Assembly: GCA_016183325.1 (NCBI GenBank)
Contig: JACPEV010000008.1
Location: 472-64,471, forward strand
DNA from: Candidatus Curtissbacteria bacterium
GTDB lineage: Bacteria; Patescibacteriota; Microgenomatia; Curtissbacterales; GWA2-41-24
Direction: 5' to 3'
Length of the DNA stretch: 64,000 nucleotides
The notes beneath the pieces are model-generated. The model did no database searches, had not been told where the DNA came from, and saw nothing but the letters and a program-made list of their open reading frames with translations. Below, in pieces: positions 26,663-37,062 of the stretch. A program made the position numbers and the translations under genes. Each line of letters begins with the position of its first letter. Within the stretch, counting starts at the first letter, position 1.

Positions 26663-27664
26663 TTAATCAAAGTCTCCGATGTAAAAGATTTCTTCCTTTA
26701 GATCAAGGCCATATGTTTGTTTAGCTTTAACCTTGATTAGATTAATTAATTTTATCACGTCGGCGGCCTTTGCTTCAGCTGTATTGATTATGAAATTGGC
26801 ATGGTGCTCTGAGACTTGGGCGCCTCCAATTTTTGTACCTTTAAGGCCAAGGCTCTCGATAATATAACCAGTAGACGTCGTTAAATTGGGTGTTGACAGC
26901 CTGATCGCATCTTTGTGGTTAATATTCCTAAAGGTACATCCAGAACAGGCAATTCCAATTGGTTGTTCTGCATTTCTTCGCTTGACTCCTTCCATGGCTT
27001 TTTGCCAAAGAACTGCCTTATCTTGAGCGGCGTCTAGCCTGAAGGTAGCATCCAAGACAATTTCGTCAGTATCTTGTATCGTTGAGTGGTCGTATGAAAA
27101 TTTGAAATAATCTTGAGCAACATTTTTTTTCTGGCCATTTTTAGGATCGAAAAGTGTTGCAGATACTAGGCGATTGCCAAGAAATTCTGCTCTTTCCACT
27201 TCAAAGTGTGCATTGATCTTTAAACCGCCGCCAACTGTTCCTGGAACAGAAAGTAAAAATTCCAGGCCTTCCAGGCCTTGGTCGATAGTAAATCTGGCAA
27301 GTTGATTCATGGGGGTACCGGAAGCTGTCCAAACCAGAGCGCTTTTAATACCTTGGCCATTTTTATTAATAGTACCTTTAATACCAACGAGTTTAACTTG
27401 AGCTGCCCTATTTTTGACAACAAGACCATCGAATCCTTTGTCACTGACTAAAACATTGGCTCCTCCGCCCAGAACAACAAATGGGACTTGGTACTCTAAA
27501 ACAGTTTTTAAGGCAAGTTTCAGGTCTTCGATGCTTTTGGCTTCGAATAATAACCTTGCTGGTCCACCAATTTTAAAGTAAGTATGCTTTGAAAGAGACT
27601 CGTTTTCGCGGACTCGCAGTATTCCGAGAATATTCTTTATTTCTTCTGTGATTTGCTGATCCAT
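26663..27664 (-). CDS. murB: UDP-N-acetylenolpyruvoylglucosamine reductase MurB
   Basis: FAD-binding PCMH motifs (KIGGPA…, GGGANVL). Start set at MDQQITEE; the ORF track extends the frame 20 codons further upstream. Confidence 0.8.
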   Translation of the reverse strand: MDQQITEEIKNILGILRVRENESLSKHTYFKIGGPARLLFEAKSIEDLKLALKTVLEYQVPFVVLGGGANVLVSDKGFDGLVVKNRAAQVKLVGIKGTINKNGQGIKSALVWTASGTPMNQLARFTIDQGLEGLEFLLSVPGTVGGGLKINAHFEVERAEFLGNRLVSATLFDPKNGQKKNVAQDYFKFSYDHSTIQDTDEIVLDATFRLDAAQDKAVLWQKAMEGVKRRNAEQPIGIACSGCTFRNINHKDAIRLSTPNLTTSTGYIIESLGLKGTKIGGAQVSEHHANFIINTAEAKAADVIKLINLIKVKAKQTYGLDLKEEIFYIGDFD

Positions 27665-27755
27665 CTCTTTATTATTATCCTTGACTATATGGTATCTTGC
27701 ATAACATCCCCTAGGTGCGTGCATATTTCACCCCGGGGGTGGGTTAGCTTCGCAC

Positions 27756-29843
27756 CTACGGAGTGTGGTTTTTGACTAGATCGAAAAGTTTGTAAACATC
27801 CCCGGCACCCATGGAAAGAATCACTCCAAAACCACTAAGGTGTTTAGATAGGTAACGAGCCGTTGCCTCCAATGATCCCGAGTATTGTGCCTTAGAACCG
27901 ACTGATCTGGCAAGTTTTTGGGCGAGTATGACTTTATCCCCTTTTTCCCTTGCCGGGTAGACATCGGTTATTAAGATTTGATCAACTTTGCTTTCTTTTA
28001 GGCTTTTGACGAAATCCGCAAAGAAAGTTTCGATTCTGGAAAAAGTATGGGGTTCAAAAACGAGAACCACTTTTTTATTTAGAGATTTTTCTTTTAGGGC
28101 ATTTGAGGTTTTGAGAATTGTGTATGGTTGTACAGCGTAATCATCGTAGACTCTAACTTGATTGATTGTCCCCTTATATTCCAATCGGCGACAGAGTCCA
28201 GAGAAAGATTCAACTGATTTTTTTGCAAGTTTTGGATCAATTTTAAGAATTTTAGCAACAGTCAGTGCGGCCTTTGCATTTTCTTTTCTAAAGTCGCCGA
28301 TTATGGAAAGTTTCAGTTCTGTGAAATCTTTGACCTTAACGACTCTTGTTTTTGCAGGGTCCGTCCCTTTTATTGGTGCTCTTGTCGACTCAATAAGCTC
28401 TTTTGTCGTAGGGACGGACCCTAAAATTATGGTCCCGCCTGGTTTAATATTTTCGATAAACTTTTTGTATGAGTTTATTACTGCCTCTCTTGTCTTGAAA
28501 AAATCTGGGTGATCCCAACCGATGTTGAGGATGACGGCGATGTCGGGATGATAATATAAAAAATTATCATTATATTCATCTGCTTCACAAATATAGTATT
28601 TTGACTTCCCTACTCTGAAGTTTGTCTCCCAACCGAGTACTTTGGCTCCTATTTCGCAAGTGGGATCAAGTCCTGCATCGATTAAAATTTGGGCAATCAT
28701 CGCCGTTGTGGTTGATTTACCATAGGCTCCGGCAACAGCGATGACAAATTTATTCTTTTGAAGATATTCGCCTTGGAATTTTTGCCAGCTAATAATAGGT
28801 ATTTTGCCCTTGCTGGCATAGACCAGCTCCAAATTTTGTGAATTAAATTTTTCCACTGCAGGAGAAATAACGAGAAGATCAATACCGATCAAGTGACTTC
28901 GGCTATGACCTTTGGCGATGTCGATTTTTAAATTTTGGGTATAAGGAGAAGCTGGATTTAAATCGCAACCGGTAACTTCATATCCATAACTCTTAGCAAT
29001 TGATAAAATTGCTGAAGCTCCGGCGCCAGCAGCGCCCATGATGTGGATCTTTAGCTTTTGAAGTTCAACCTCTTTGGCGCTTGAATCTCTGATCTGGCTT
29101 GTTGCGATAAGCTTATTGGCAATTTCGAGTTCTTCTGGGGTATTGATTCCATGCCATTCTGACGGATCTTCGAGTTTATAGGTTTGTACCTTATCGCCTT
29201 GATTTAGCGCAATGGAAATAAGGTCTGTTAGATATAATTCGCCAGTCACTGAAGAAGGCTTTATTTTTAGCAAATTATCACCAAGCCAGTTTTTATTAAA
29301 AAAATATAATCCGTCATTGACTTCCTTAATTTTTTTTTGAGTGGGAGAGGCGTCCTTTTCTTCAATGATTCCGAAAAGTCTGTCGTTTTTCCTAAGTATT
29401 CTGCCAAGTCCAAATGGGCTCTCTTTGTCTAAAGTGACAAATGTGATTTTCGACTTTGATCTCCGGTGGAATTCAAAAATTTTTTTAATCGTTTCAGGTT
29501 TGTAAAAGGCAGTATCGTCACCATACATAACGGCAACAATTTGAACATTTTTATCAGTTTTCCTGAGTCCAATCCTTGCGGCGTCGGCTGTTCCAGCAGG
29601 TGATTGTTGATTAGCAAAGGTGTACTGATTTCCGACCGTTTTTTTAATTTGAGATGAGTTATTTTGATTGATCACTATAATTATTTGACGGGGTCTCACT
29701 TTGTCTATAATTTCCAAAGTTCTTTTGAGTAGTGGTTTTTGGTCGACAGGGTGAAGAACCTTAGGCAAGGAAGACCTCATTCTTTTACCCTCTCCGGCTG
29801 CCAGAACTATGGCTGCAAAAGATTTCTGCGAATTATTGTTCAT
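27756..29843 (-). CDS. murC: bifunctional fusion: GlmU-type sugar-1-P uridylyltransferase N-domain + MurC UDP-MurNAc:L-Ala ligase
   Basis: Residues 1-240 read AIVLAAGEGKRMRSSLPKVLHPV…, the GlmU pyrophosphorylase domain without the LbH acetyltransferase. Residues ~260-695 carry the Mur-ligase motifs (GAAGAGASAI, AVAGAYGKSTTTAMI). Confidence 0.75.
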   Translation of the reverse strand: MNNNSQKSFAAIVLAAGEGKRMRSSLPKVLHPVDQKPLLKRTLEIIDKVRPRQIIIVINQNNSSQIKKTVGNQYTFANQQSPAGTADAARIGLRKTDKNVQIVAVMYGDDTAFYKPETIKKIFEFHRRSKSKITFVTLDKESPFGLGRILRKNDRLFGIIEEKDASPTQKKIKEVNDGLYFFNKNWLGDNLLKIKPSSVTGELYLTDLISIALNQGDKVQTYKLEDPSEWHGINTPEELEIANKLIATSQIRDSSAKEVELQKLKIHIMGAAGAGASAILSIAKSYGYEVTGCDLNPASPYTQNLKIDIAKGHSRSHLIGIDLLVISPAVEKFNSQNLELVYASKGKIPIISWQKFQGEYLQKNKFVIAVAGAYGKSTTTAMIAQILIDAGLDPTCEIGAKVLGWETNFRVGKSKYYICEADEYNDNFLYYHPDIAVILNIGWDHPDFFKTREAVINSYKKFIENIKPGGTIILGSVPTTKELIESTRAPIKGTDPAKTRVVKVKDFTELKLSIIGDFRKENAKAALTVAKILKIDPKLAKKSVESFSGLCRRLEYKGTINQVRVYDDYAVQPYTILKTSNALKEKSLNKKVVLVFEPHTFSRIETFFADFVKSLKESKVDQILITDVYPAREKGDKVILAQKLARSVGSKAQYSGSLEATARYLSKHLSGFGVILSMGAGDVYKLFDLVKNHTP

Positions 29844-31039
29844 TATTTTAATCGATTTTTAATGGCTTTTTTGACGACGGCAAATTCATTCCAGGGATAG
29901 TCTTTTTTGCCATAGGTCATTGATTTTTCATGAGATTTGCCAAAAGTTGCCACGACGTCATCTTTTTTGGCCAAGTTAATGGCAAACTGGATAGCATCTT
30001 TTCTGTCGACAATTACAAAATACCCTTGACCTTCCTTTTTACTGGTGATTCCTCTTGTTATTTGTTCACAAATCTCATCAACTTTTTCCGAACGGGGATC
30101 TTCGGCAGTAAGAACAATTATATCCGAAATCTGGTCTGCGACCTTTCCCATCAGTTGCCTCTTCGGCTTATCTCGCTCCCCTGCGGCTCCAAAAACTGCA
30201 ATAAGTTTGGATTTGTTAGATTCCAGTTGTGCTTTTAATGTTGTAAGGGCGTTTTTAAGACCGTTGGGGGTGTGGGCAAAATCAATAATAACCCTAAAAT
30301 CTTGCCCCAAGTCTACTTCATCAAGTCTCCCGATCACACCTTTGAAATTAGAAAGGGAATCTAATATTGTCTCTCTGTTAACTTTAAGCGCTTTACAAAC
30401 GGCCGTCGCCGCCAAGGCATTTGACAAATTAAACGAGCCGGGAATTTGAAGTTTGAGCGGGTATTTTTTTAAGCTGACATCAGCCTCATTGCTTTTTGCG
30501 TATGAAATAATTTGTCCGCCAACTTTATCTTTTAAAAAGAGAAAGGATTTTTTTTCATCCTTATTCAAAATTGAAATTTTGGATTTTGTGAAAAGTTTAC
30601 TCTTTGCAAGGGCATAATTTACCCAAGTTTTATGATAATCAAGATGCTCGTGAGTGATATTGGTAATAGCTCCTATTTTGAAATCCACAAAAGCTAACCT
30701 GTTTTGATCAAGTCCATGCGAAGTTGCCTCAAGAACAAAATATTGACTGTCAGATTCAACTGCCTGTTTTAGGTATTTTTGAATTTGCCATGGATCGGGA
30801 GTAGTAACATGGAAGCCTGTATCATAGATCTTATCTCCAATTTGGGCATTCACTGAGGAAATCATGGATACTTTTTTACCCGCTTGCTTCAAGATGTGGT
30901 AGATCATGTTGACAGTGGTAGTCTTGCCGTCGGTGCCGGTAACACCAATGACAGTCAATTTTTTCGAAGGGAAATTAAAATAGGCGGCAGCGACAAACGC
31001 GGTTAGTAAATGATAAATATTCTTTATCTTTTGCCACAT
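29843..31039 (-). CDS. murE: MurE-type UDP-MurNAc-dipeptide:diamino-acid ligase (short N-terminus)
   Basis: VIGVTGTDGKTTT P-loop, C-terminal GERDKPKR motif. 398 aa. Confidence 0.7.
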   Translation of the reverse strand: MWQKIKNIYHLLTAFVAAAYFNFPSKKLTVIGVTGTDGKTTTVNMIYHILKQAGKKVSMISSVNAQIGDKIYDTGFHVTTPDPWQIQKYLKQAVESDSQYFVLEATSHGLDQNRLAFVDFKIGAITNITHEHLDYHKTWVNYALAKSKLFTKSKISILNKDEKKSFLFLKDKVGGQIISYAKSNEADVSLKKYPLKLQIPGSFNLSNALAATAVCKALKVNRETILDSLSNFKGVIGRLDEVDLGQDFRVIIDFAHTPNGLKNALTTLKAQLESNKSKLIAVFGAAGERDKPKRQLMGKVADQISDIIVLTAEDPRSEKVDEICEQITRGITSKKEGQGYFVIVDRKDAIQFAINLAKKDDVVATFGKSHEKSMTYGKKDYPWNEFAVVKKAIKNRLK

Positions 31040-31101
31040 CTAATGTAATTGTACACAGTTAAGCAACATGCGTAGCTTATGATGATGTTTTTTCAGTAGG
31101 C

Positions 31102-31926
31102 TTATGGCCGTTTAACAGAAGATTGATAACTCAACCAGCTTGCCAAAAGATAAGGATCTTGGCCGCGATATTGATAGAAAGATCCGTAACTTAACCAAAC
31201 TTCGCTCCAAACAATATCTACCCCTTGAGATGTTTTCCATTGATTGGCTGACACATAGTCTTGCACTTCTAGAAAAGGATGGATTTTTTGATAATGACGA
31301 ATCCCATGGTAGAGATAAAGAATAAAGTCACGCTCGGATAAGTTTCCGTTAGCCAGATTATTTAAGTCTCCTTCTGAGATTAAAATGCGATCGTTTGATT
31401 CAGATTTACCCATCAAATTACCCACCATAACAGGTCGTTCAAGATATTGAGATGGAGCAATTTGCCAGATTTTAGCTGGTCCATGTTCTTGCTGATTGAA
31501 ATAATCCGCCGCTTCTCTGATTTGGGGTGCCGTCGACTTTTCCATATCTGAAAGAATACCTTGGAATACTTCTAGTTGCCTTTGAGAAGGAGCAAGATCC
31601 AGCTCGTTTGGCCCTATCCCTAGGTTGATTTGCGGACTAAAATCTCCAGGATTTGAAATCACTAGTTGGGAATTTGGCGAATCTTGCGTGAGTGAACTAA
31701 CGTGATTATCTGTCAACCGATTGTCGTTTTGTGGCTGGTTGAGGTTGACACGATCTCGATTCAAAGATGCCATTAGAAACATTACGGAACCAACAGCACC
31801 AGCAACTCCAACAACTACCCTCCTTTTAATTTCTCTCAAGGTCGAAAGAGCATGCTTACTAGGCCTTATGACTCGATAGGTGTCTGGGGCAATTTTTTGC
31901 AAAGGCAATGGTCTTTCTTCGCTCAC
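31102..31926 (-). CDS. hypothetical membrane-anchored protein inserted in the dcw cluster
   Basis: 274 aa, one N-terminal TM segment. No family recognised. Confidence 0.35.
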   Translation of the reverse strand: MSEERPLPLQKIAPDTYRVIRPSKHALSTLREIKRRVVVGVAGAVGSVMFLMASLNRDRVNLNQPQNDNRLTDNHVSSLTQDSPNSQLVISNPGDFSPQINLGIGPNELDLAPSQRQLEVFQGILSDMEKSTAPQIREAADYFNQQEHGPAKIWQIAPSQYLERPVMVGNLMGKSESNDRILISEGDLNNLANGNLSERDFILYLYHGIRHYQKIHPFLEVQDYVSANQWKTSQGVDIVWSEVWLSYGSFYQYRGQDPYLLASWLSYQSSVKRP

Positions 31927-32017
31927 AATAAAAACCGCCTTAAAGCTTGGACGGCCCTCCGTAATTTATGCGCCCATTTTAAACCAGGCCGAGTCTAAAA
32001 GTCAAGCGGACTATGGG

Positions 32018-33121
32018 CTAGACAATCTTCTCCCAGGGAAAGCCGGGGCGGCCGAAGTGGCCATAGGCCGCGGTTTGGCGATAGATAGGTCTTCTTAAGT
32101 TGAGACCATCTAAAATGCCTTTGACGGAAAGTTCAAGTAGACTCCAGGCGAATTTTTCAATCTCGCCAATTGCAACTCTATTGGTACCGAATGTTTCGAC
32201 TGATTTGGAAACTGGCCTTGGTTTACCGATGACATAAGAAAGCTGGACTTCACACCTTCTGGCCAATTTTTTAGCCACAATATTTTTGGCAATAAATCTG
32301 GCAGCGTACGCTCCCGAGCGGTCGACCTTCGTTGGGTCTTTTCCGGAAAAACAGCCTCCGCCGATTCTGGCCATGGCCCCATAAGTATCAACTATGATTT
32401 TGCGGCCCGTAACGCCCGTATCAGAGGCCGGTCCACCGATTTCCCACTTACCGGTGCCGTTGCAGACAAAGTCATCAAAAGCTACATTGAAACCATATTT
32501 TCTAAGAACGGGAGTTACTACAGCTTCATAAATATCCCTGGCGACTTTTGCGCTCTTAACTTTGGGATCGTGAGGAACGGCAGTTATAACCTTGACCACT
32601 TTTTTGGGATGACTATCTTTATATTCAACTGTTACTTGGGATTTACCATCGGGCCTGAGATATTTAAGGTTTGACTGGCGGGCTTCGTCTATTGCTTTTG
32701 CAATTTCGTGGGCAAGAGTTATTGGGAGAGGCATCAACTGGGGAGTTTCTTGGCAAGCGTAACCATACATCATACCTTGATCTCCAGCGCCAAAGTTTTC
32801 AACCCCAAGCGCAATGTCCAGCGACTGTTCGTGAATGTAGACTTCTACGCTAGAATTTTTGTAATCGAAGTTATAGATCTCTTCTGTATAACCCAAATCT
32901 TTGACTACGTCTCTGGCAACTTTTTCAAAGTCTACTTTGGCTTTGGTAGTAACCTCCCCAGCTAAAACAACTTTATTAGTCGTTACTAACGTTTCTACAG
33001 CTACTCGACTGAAAGGATCTTGATTGAGACAAGCGTCCAAGATAGTATCTGATATTTGATCACAGATTTTATCGGGATGGCCAGCGCAAACCGATTCAGA
33101 GGTAAAAAGTTTATAATTCAT
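32018..33121 (-). CDS. metK: S-adenosylmethionine synthetase
   Basis: Signatures GAGDQGMMYGYA and GGGCFSGKD. 367 aa. Confidence 0.9.
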   Translation of the reverse strand: MNYKLFTSESVCAGHPDKICDQISDTILDACLNQDPFSRVAVETLVTTNKVVLAGEVTTKAKVDFEKVARDVVKDLGYTEEIYNFDYKNSSVEVYIHEQSLDIALGVENFGAGDQGMMYGYACQETPQLMPLPITLAHEIAKAIDEARQSNLKYLRPDGKSQVTVEYKDSHPKKVVKVITAVPHDPKVKSAKVARDIYEAVVTPVLRKYGFNVAFDDFVCNGTGKWEIGGPASDTGVTGRKIIVDTYGAMARIGGGCFSGKDPTKVDRSGAYAARFIAKNIVAKKLARRCEVQLSYVIGKPRPVSKSVETFGTNRVAIGEIEKFAWSLLELSVKGILDGLNLRRPIYRQTAAYGHFGRPGFPWEKIV

Positions 33122-33130
33122 AAATTAAAA

Positions 33131-33152
33131 AAACTCTCCCGAAGGAGAGTTA
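33131..33152 (-). terminator. intrinsic terminator / attenuator hairpin of the metK leader
   Basis: On the minus strand: AACUCUCC-UUCG-GGAGAGUU followed by UUUUUUAAUUU. It sits 9 nt before the metK ATG. Confidence 0.65.
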
Positions 33153-33157
33153 AAGTT

Positions 33158-33268
33158 TGTATCTTCCCCTTACGGGCTTGGATGTGGCACCTTCTTTGAC
33201 TTTTTGAGACAAAGGGTTGCCAGACGGATCATTGGGCCAAGTCCCATACCGTCATTCTCGATACTTTG
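33158..33268 (-). ncRNA. SAM-I (S-box) riboswitch aptamer controlling metK
   Basis: The minus strand reads UAUCGAGAAUGACGG…GGGACUUGGCCCAAUGAUCCGUCUGGCAACC…AAGGUGCCACAUCCAAGC…GGGGAAGAUA. This matches the S-box core elements (GGGA-CUGGCCC-AUGA-CCC-GCAACC, AAGGUGC-AA-UCC, closing P1 UAUC/GAUA). The terminator follows. Confidence 0.7.
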
Positions 33269-34956
33269 CAAATATTAAAGTTCTAACTATTAATTATCCT
33301 ACAACAGTACCTCAATTTGTTGCAAGTATCTAAAAAAGGTAACTGTTCACCGTTACTGACACAACGCATATTGTTCGAGGCTGGAAGCCGAGAACTAAAC
33401 TTCTCGCTCACGCTCGAAGAGTAATAACGTGTCAGCGATTGTGAACTCTTACTAAAAAAAGAAAGACGTCTAATCAGCTGAGCGATGAATTTTTATGTTC
33501 AATCGGGATAGAAATTTAGCCGTGGAAATAATGAACATAATATTTATTCATAGATAAATATTATCTTTCTTGTTTCACGGCCTCTAAAAAGCTTGCCGGC
33601 AGTTAAATCTGAGAGATTTTTTGCAAGATTTTTTGCTAATAATGTCTAATGCCACGGCACTTCTTATTAGATCGCAAGGGGTAAGAATGCAAATCGAAAT
33701 AATAGGGGGGTTAATTTTAAAGAAGAGGTTAGAATTAGTAATTCTCTTTGACCTAGTGGCTTGTTTTTCTTAATATTTGCCGTAAAGGTTTACGCTAATG
33801 TGCATACTGGGACATGTTTGGCAGACACACTTGATGCTACTTGGATTTTGGACCCAGACAATTACACTTCAGAAGGAACACATGTAATACGCAATTTACG
33901 ACGGTTTTTATGGTAATGAACCTAACGTTCTTAATGCAGGTGATGCCAGTTTAGGAGCTGGTGAAGTAGCGCTAGGTTCTGGGGCAGGGCAAATAGAACC
34001 TGGGCAGTTCTCGGGACCCCATTTGCCCTTCGGGGATTGAGCAGTATAGGAAGTTTCACGAGAGGTGCAATACCAAATAACTGCGGCTTAGGGCAATAAA
34101 TAGCAAAGTCGACTAAAAAATTATTAATTTTTTGTAATTATCTTGAAGATCAAATAGGAGACGCCATATTTGGCGCTTTATGGTTTTGAGTGCTAAAGGC
34201 ATATTAAAATGAGTTGAGACCGTAATAACAGGCTTAATCATCTATAAATCTAATAAGGAACAAGTCTGGATGTAACAGAGAGTTGTTTTTATAGAAAACA
34301 GCAATTTAAATCTTTTAAAACAAACATCTACGCACAGGGCGGGGCTTAAATCCAATCTAATACTATTTTTTGATAATTTCAAGCCCCCAAAAAGCATCTC
34401 AAAAAGTGTCCAGACTTTGTTAAATTTGTTTAAAGATAAATTATTATAAAATTGGGCACAAGGATTATAAAAAGCAAATTTTTAAGTGCAAAAATCATAG
34501 AATATTTAAACATTAGTTATTGAAAATCTTGAAGATAGATGTTTTTTTGCAAGAAAAGATAACCTTTTGGTAGGAGGTCGTCTAAAGAACATACGGTTTA
34601 TCTTTTGGGATTGTGGGGGGGACAAAGTCGCAGGGAAATAGTCAACGTTCTTAAAGGCAAATTTGATCTGAGCTGTTAAGGGGCATGAGTCATTTGTGAC
34701 AACTAGTATTCTGCCTGTTTTTTTAATCTTGTTCTTATAGGTATGATTTCATCGTAGGTTTTGGTAAATTTTGCTCTTTTGTGAATTTTATCGAATTTAT
34801 GGAAGATTTTCTCGAATTCTAGCAATTATAGTTAAATATTTTTTATTAACAGTATTTAAGCAATTTTTGAACTTGATTCGCCATTTTCGTGAAAATTTAT
34901 GTATTTTCACTCGTTGCTTGTCAATAAGCACATCTTTGGTATGGAACAATTTTGAA

Positions 34957-35202
34957 TTAATGGCGTTTTAGCAGAGTTTTAAGGTTTAACCTTGGTGTAG
35001 CAAAAACAAATAGGTAGAGAATTTCTAGAATACCGAGAGAGTTGACTACAAGCAAGGCTACAAACCAATATTTTTGTCTGGCGGTTGCGGCATACCACAT
35101 GGCAATACCTTTTATTGAAAGCGCCCAAATAGTTAAAAGAATTATTAAAAGGGCATTAGCGGGATCTTTTGGAAGATTGAAATAGTTTGAGAAGAAGCTC
35201 AT
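34957..35202 (-). CDS. small two-TM membrane protein downstream of ftsI
   Basis: 81 aa with the conserved-looking motif WALSIKGIAMWYAA…KYWF. Family not recognised. Confidence 0.4.
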   Translation of the reverse strand: MSFFSNYFNLPKDPANALLIILLTIWALSIKGIAMWYAATARQKYWFVALLVVNSLGILEILYLFVFATPRLNLKTLLKRH

Positions 35203-35244
35203 TGATGACCATAATAGATCTTATAACTAGGATTTTGCAACAGA

Positions 35245-36990
35245 CTAATTCTTGGAGGGAAGAATGCCGAAATAATTAAAGAGTTCTTTGGCAACTTCAA
35301 AGAAAGTGGGAGCCGCAGTTTCTGAGCCGAAGGGAGATGAAGTTGGTTCTGTGAAACGAACTAACATAACAAATCTAGGGTCATCGGCAGGAACGAATCC
35401 AACGAAGCTAGTAATTGTTTTATTGGGGTCATAATGTCCAGCCACAGGGATTTGAGCAGTTCCTGTTTTACCGGCGATTCTGAAACCTTTCGGGGCAAAA
35501 GCTTTTGCTTCACCATTTTGGACCGCATTGACCATCATTTCAGTCATTAGAGTAGCGGCTTGTGGCGAAATTACTTGTCTTATTTGATTAGGTTTGACTT
35601 CTTCAGTTTTTTTGCCGTCTTCGATTCTTGCGACGACTTTAGGAGTGATAAGTTTGCCGTGATTAGCAATAGTGGCGACTGCCTGAACCATTTGGATTGG
35701 AGTAACTGCTATGCCCTGGCCAAAAGAAGCTGTAGCAAGATCAATCGGTTTCCAATCTTTTTTGGCACGGACAAAACCTGTTGATTCTCCCTGAAGATCG
35801 ATTCCTGTTTCCTTGCCAAAACCAAACTTGGAGATATAATCGTAAAATTTGTCTACTTGAAGTTTAGCCGCAACATAGGTCATACCAACATTATCTGAAT
35901 GCTGGATGATTTCTGTCATAGTAGAATTTGGGTAGTATTTTTTATTCCAAGTGGAAATTTCAAAACCTCCAATCTGTCTTGCACCTGAACAATCCTCACA
36001 TCTGGTTTGAGGATCTACCAGTCCAAGATCAAGTGCAGCGGACATGGCTATTAACTTAAATGTAGATCCAGGTTCATATGTTTCTGCAACCGCTGGGTTT
36101 TTATAAAGGTTTTCATTATATTCAGAGTACAAAGCTGGCTGATAGGTCGGGCTGTTTGCCATTGCCAAAATGTGCCCATTTTTGGGGTCTGAGATGATAA
36201 TTGTGCCGCCTTTGGCATCATATTTTTCAATCGCAAGTCTTAATTTTTCCTCAACCATAAACTGAATTGATCTGTCAATCGTAAGGTGAAGCGAAGTTCC
36301 TTTTTGAGGCTGGTGGGGCCGAAATTTTCCAATCAGGATCGGGAACCCGAAAGGGTCGATAATTTTACCTGATTTACCAGGTTTACCTCTGAGTCTGTGA
36401 TCATAGTAACCTTCAAGGCCAAAATAGCCAGTATCTTCTCCAAATTTGTCCGAGCCTACAAACCCTATGACGTGGGCGGCTAGTGACGCCTCTGGGTAGA
36501 ATCGTTTATCATCTCGTTCAAATCCCAAACCGTTAATTTTAGTATCTTCGATTTTATATCTTGTTTGACGAGGTACTTTTCTGGCGAGTTGGATCCAGAA
36601 AAAGTTTTTGTTTGCTAGTTTAGCCGTTAAAGATTCTTCTTTGGTTTTGATCTCTTCTTCTTTTTGTTGCTTTTCATCAGCTGAGAGCCGGGCTTCCCTC
36701 GTTGAATATTTTTCTGATATTAGAAAGGGAGCAAGTATTCTCGCAAGATCTTTTGGGTCTTTATCAATTTCCCGGGGGTGTGCATAAAGGAGTGATGCAT
36801 TTTGATTGGTAACAATTGGAAAATTGTCAGCCGTATAAATTTCCCCACGAGTGGCTGGAAGAGTATCTGATGAAACATCTGCTCCAAAATTCCCCTCTAT
36901 TTTGGCAACAAATTGCCAGTAAAATAGTCTTAGAATTATAATAGCCGCTAATAAAAAAACACAGAGTTGGAATATGCGAAATCGGTCCAT
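35245..36990 (-). CDS. ftsI: class B penicillin-binding protein / FtsI transpeptidase
   Basis: Motifs STFK (PGSTFKL), SDN (HSDN) and KTGT (GKTGTAQ). N-terminal TM segment. 581 aa. Confidence 0.9.
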   Translation of the reverse strand: MDRFRIFQLCVFLLAAIIILRLFYWQFVAKIEGNFGADVSSDTLPATRGEIYTADNFPIVTNQNASLLYAHPREIDKDPKDLARILAPFLISEKYSTREARLSADEKQQKEEEIKTKEESLTAKLANKNFFWIQLARKVPRQTRYKIEDTKINGLGFERDDKRFYPEASLAAHVIGFVGSDKFGEDTGYFGLEGYYDHRLRGKPGKSGKIIDPFGFPILIGKFRPHQPQKGTSLHLTIDRSIQFMVEEKLRLAIEKYDAKGGTIIISDPKNGHILAMANSPTYQPALYSEYNENLYKNPAVAETYEPGSTFKLIAMSAALDLGLVDPQTRCEDCSGARQIGGFEISTWNKKYYPNSTMTEIIQHSDNVGMTYVAAKLQVDKFYDYISKFGFGKETGIDLQGESTGFVRAKKDWKPIDLATASFGQGIAVTPIQMVQAVATIANHGKLITPKVVARIEDGKKTEEVKPNQIRQVISPQAATLMTEMMVNAVQNGEAKAFAPKGFRIAGKTGTAQIPVAGHYDPNKTITSFVGFVPADDPRFVMLVRFTEPTSSPFGSETAAPTFFEVAKELFNYFGILPSKN

Positions 36991-37062
36991 TAGAAATTTT
37001 CCCCAAACAGTTTAGATGCGACTATGTTTAGTTTACCAAATTACTAGGGGGTATTTATTTTT

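Noticed and set aside
33270-34956. Alternative genetic code (UGA or UAG sense) hiding genes in the ORF-free stretch
   Set aside because: All other genes in the window read through as long ORFs under the standard code with normal stops. A local recoding island is implausible.
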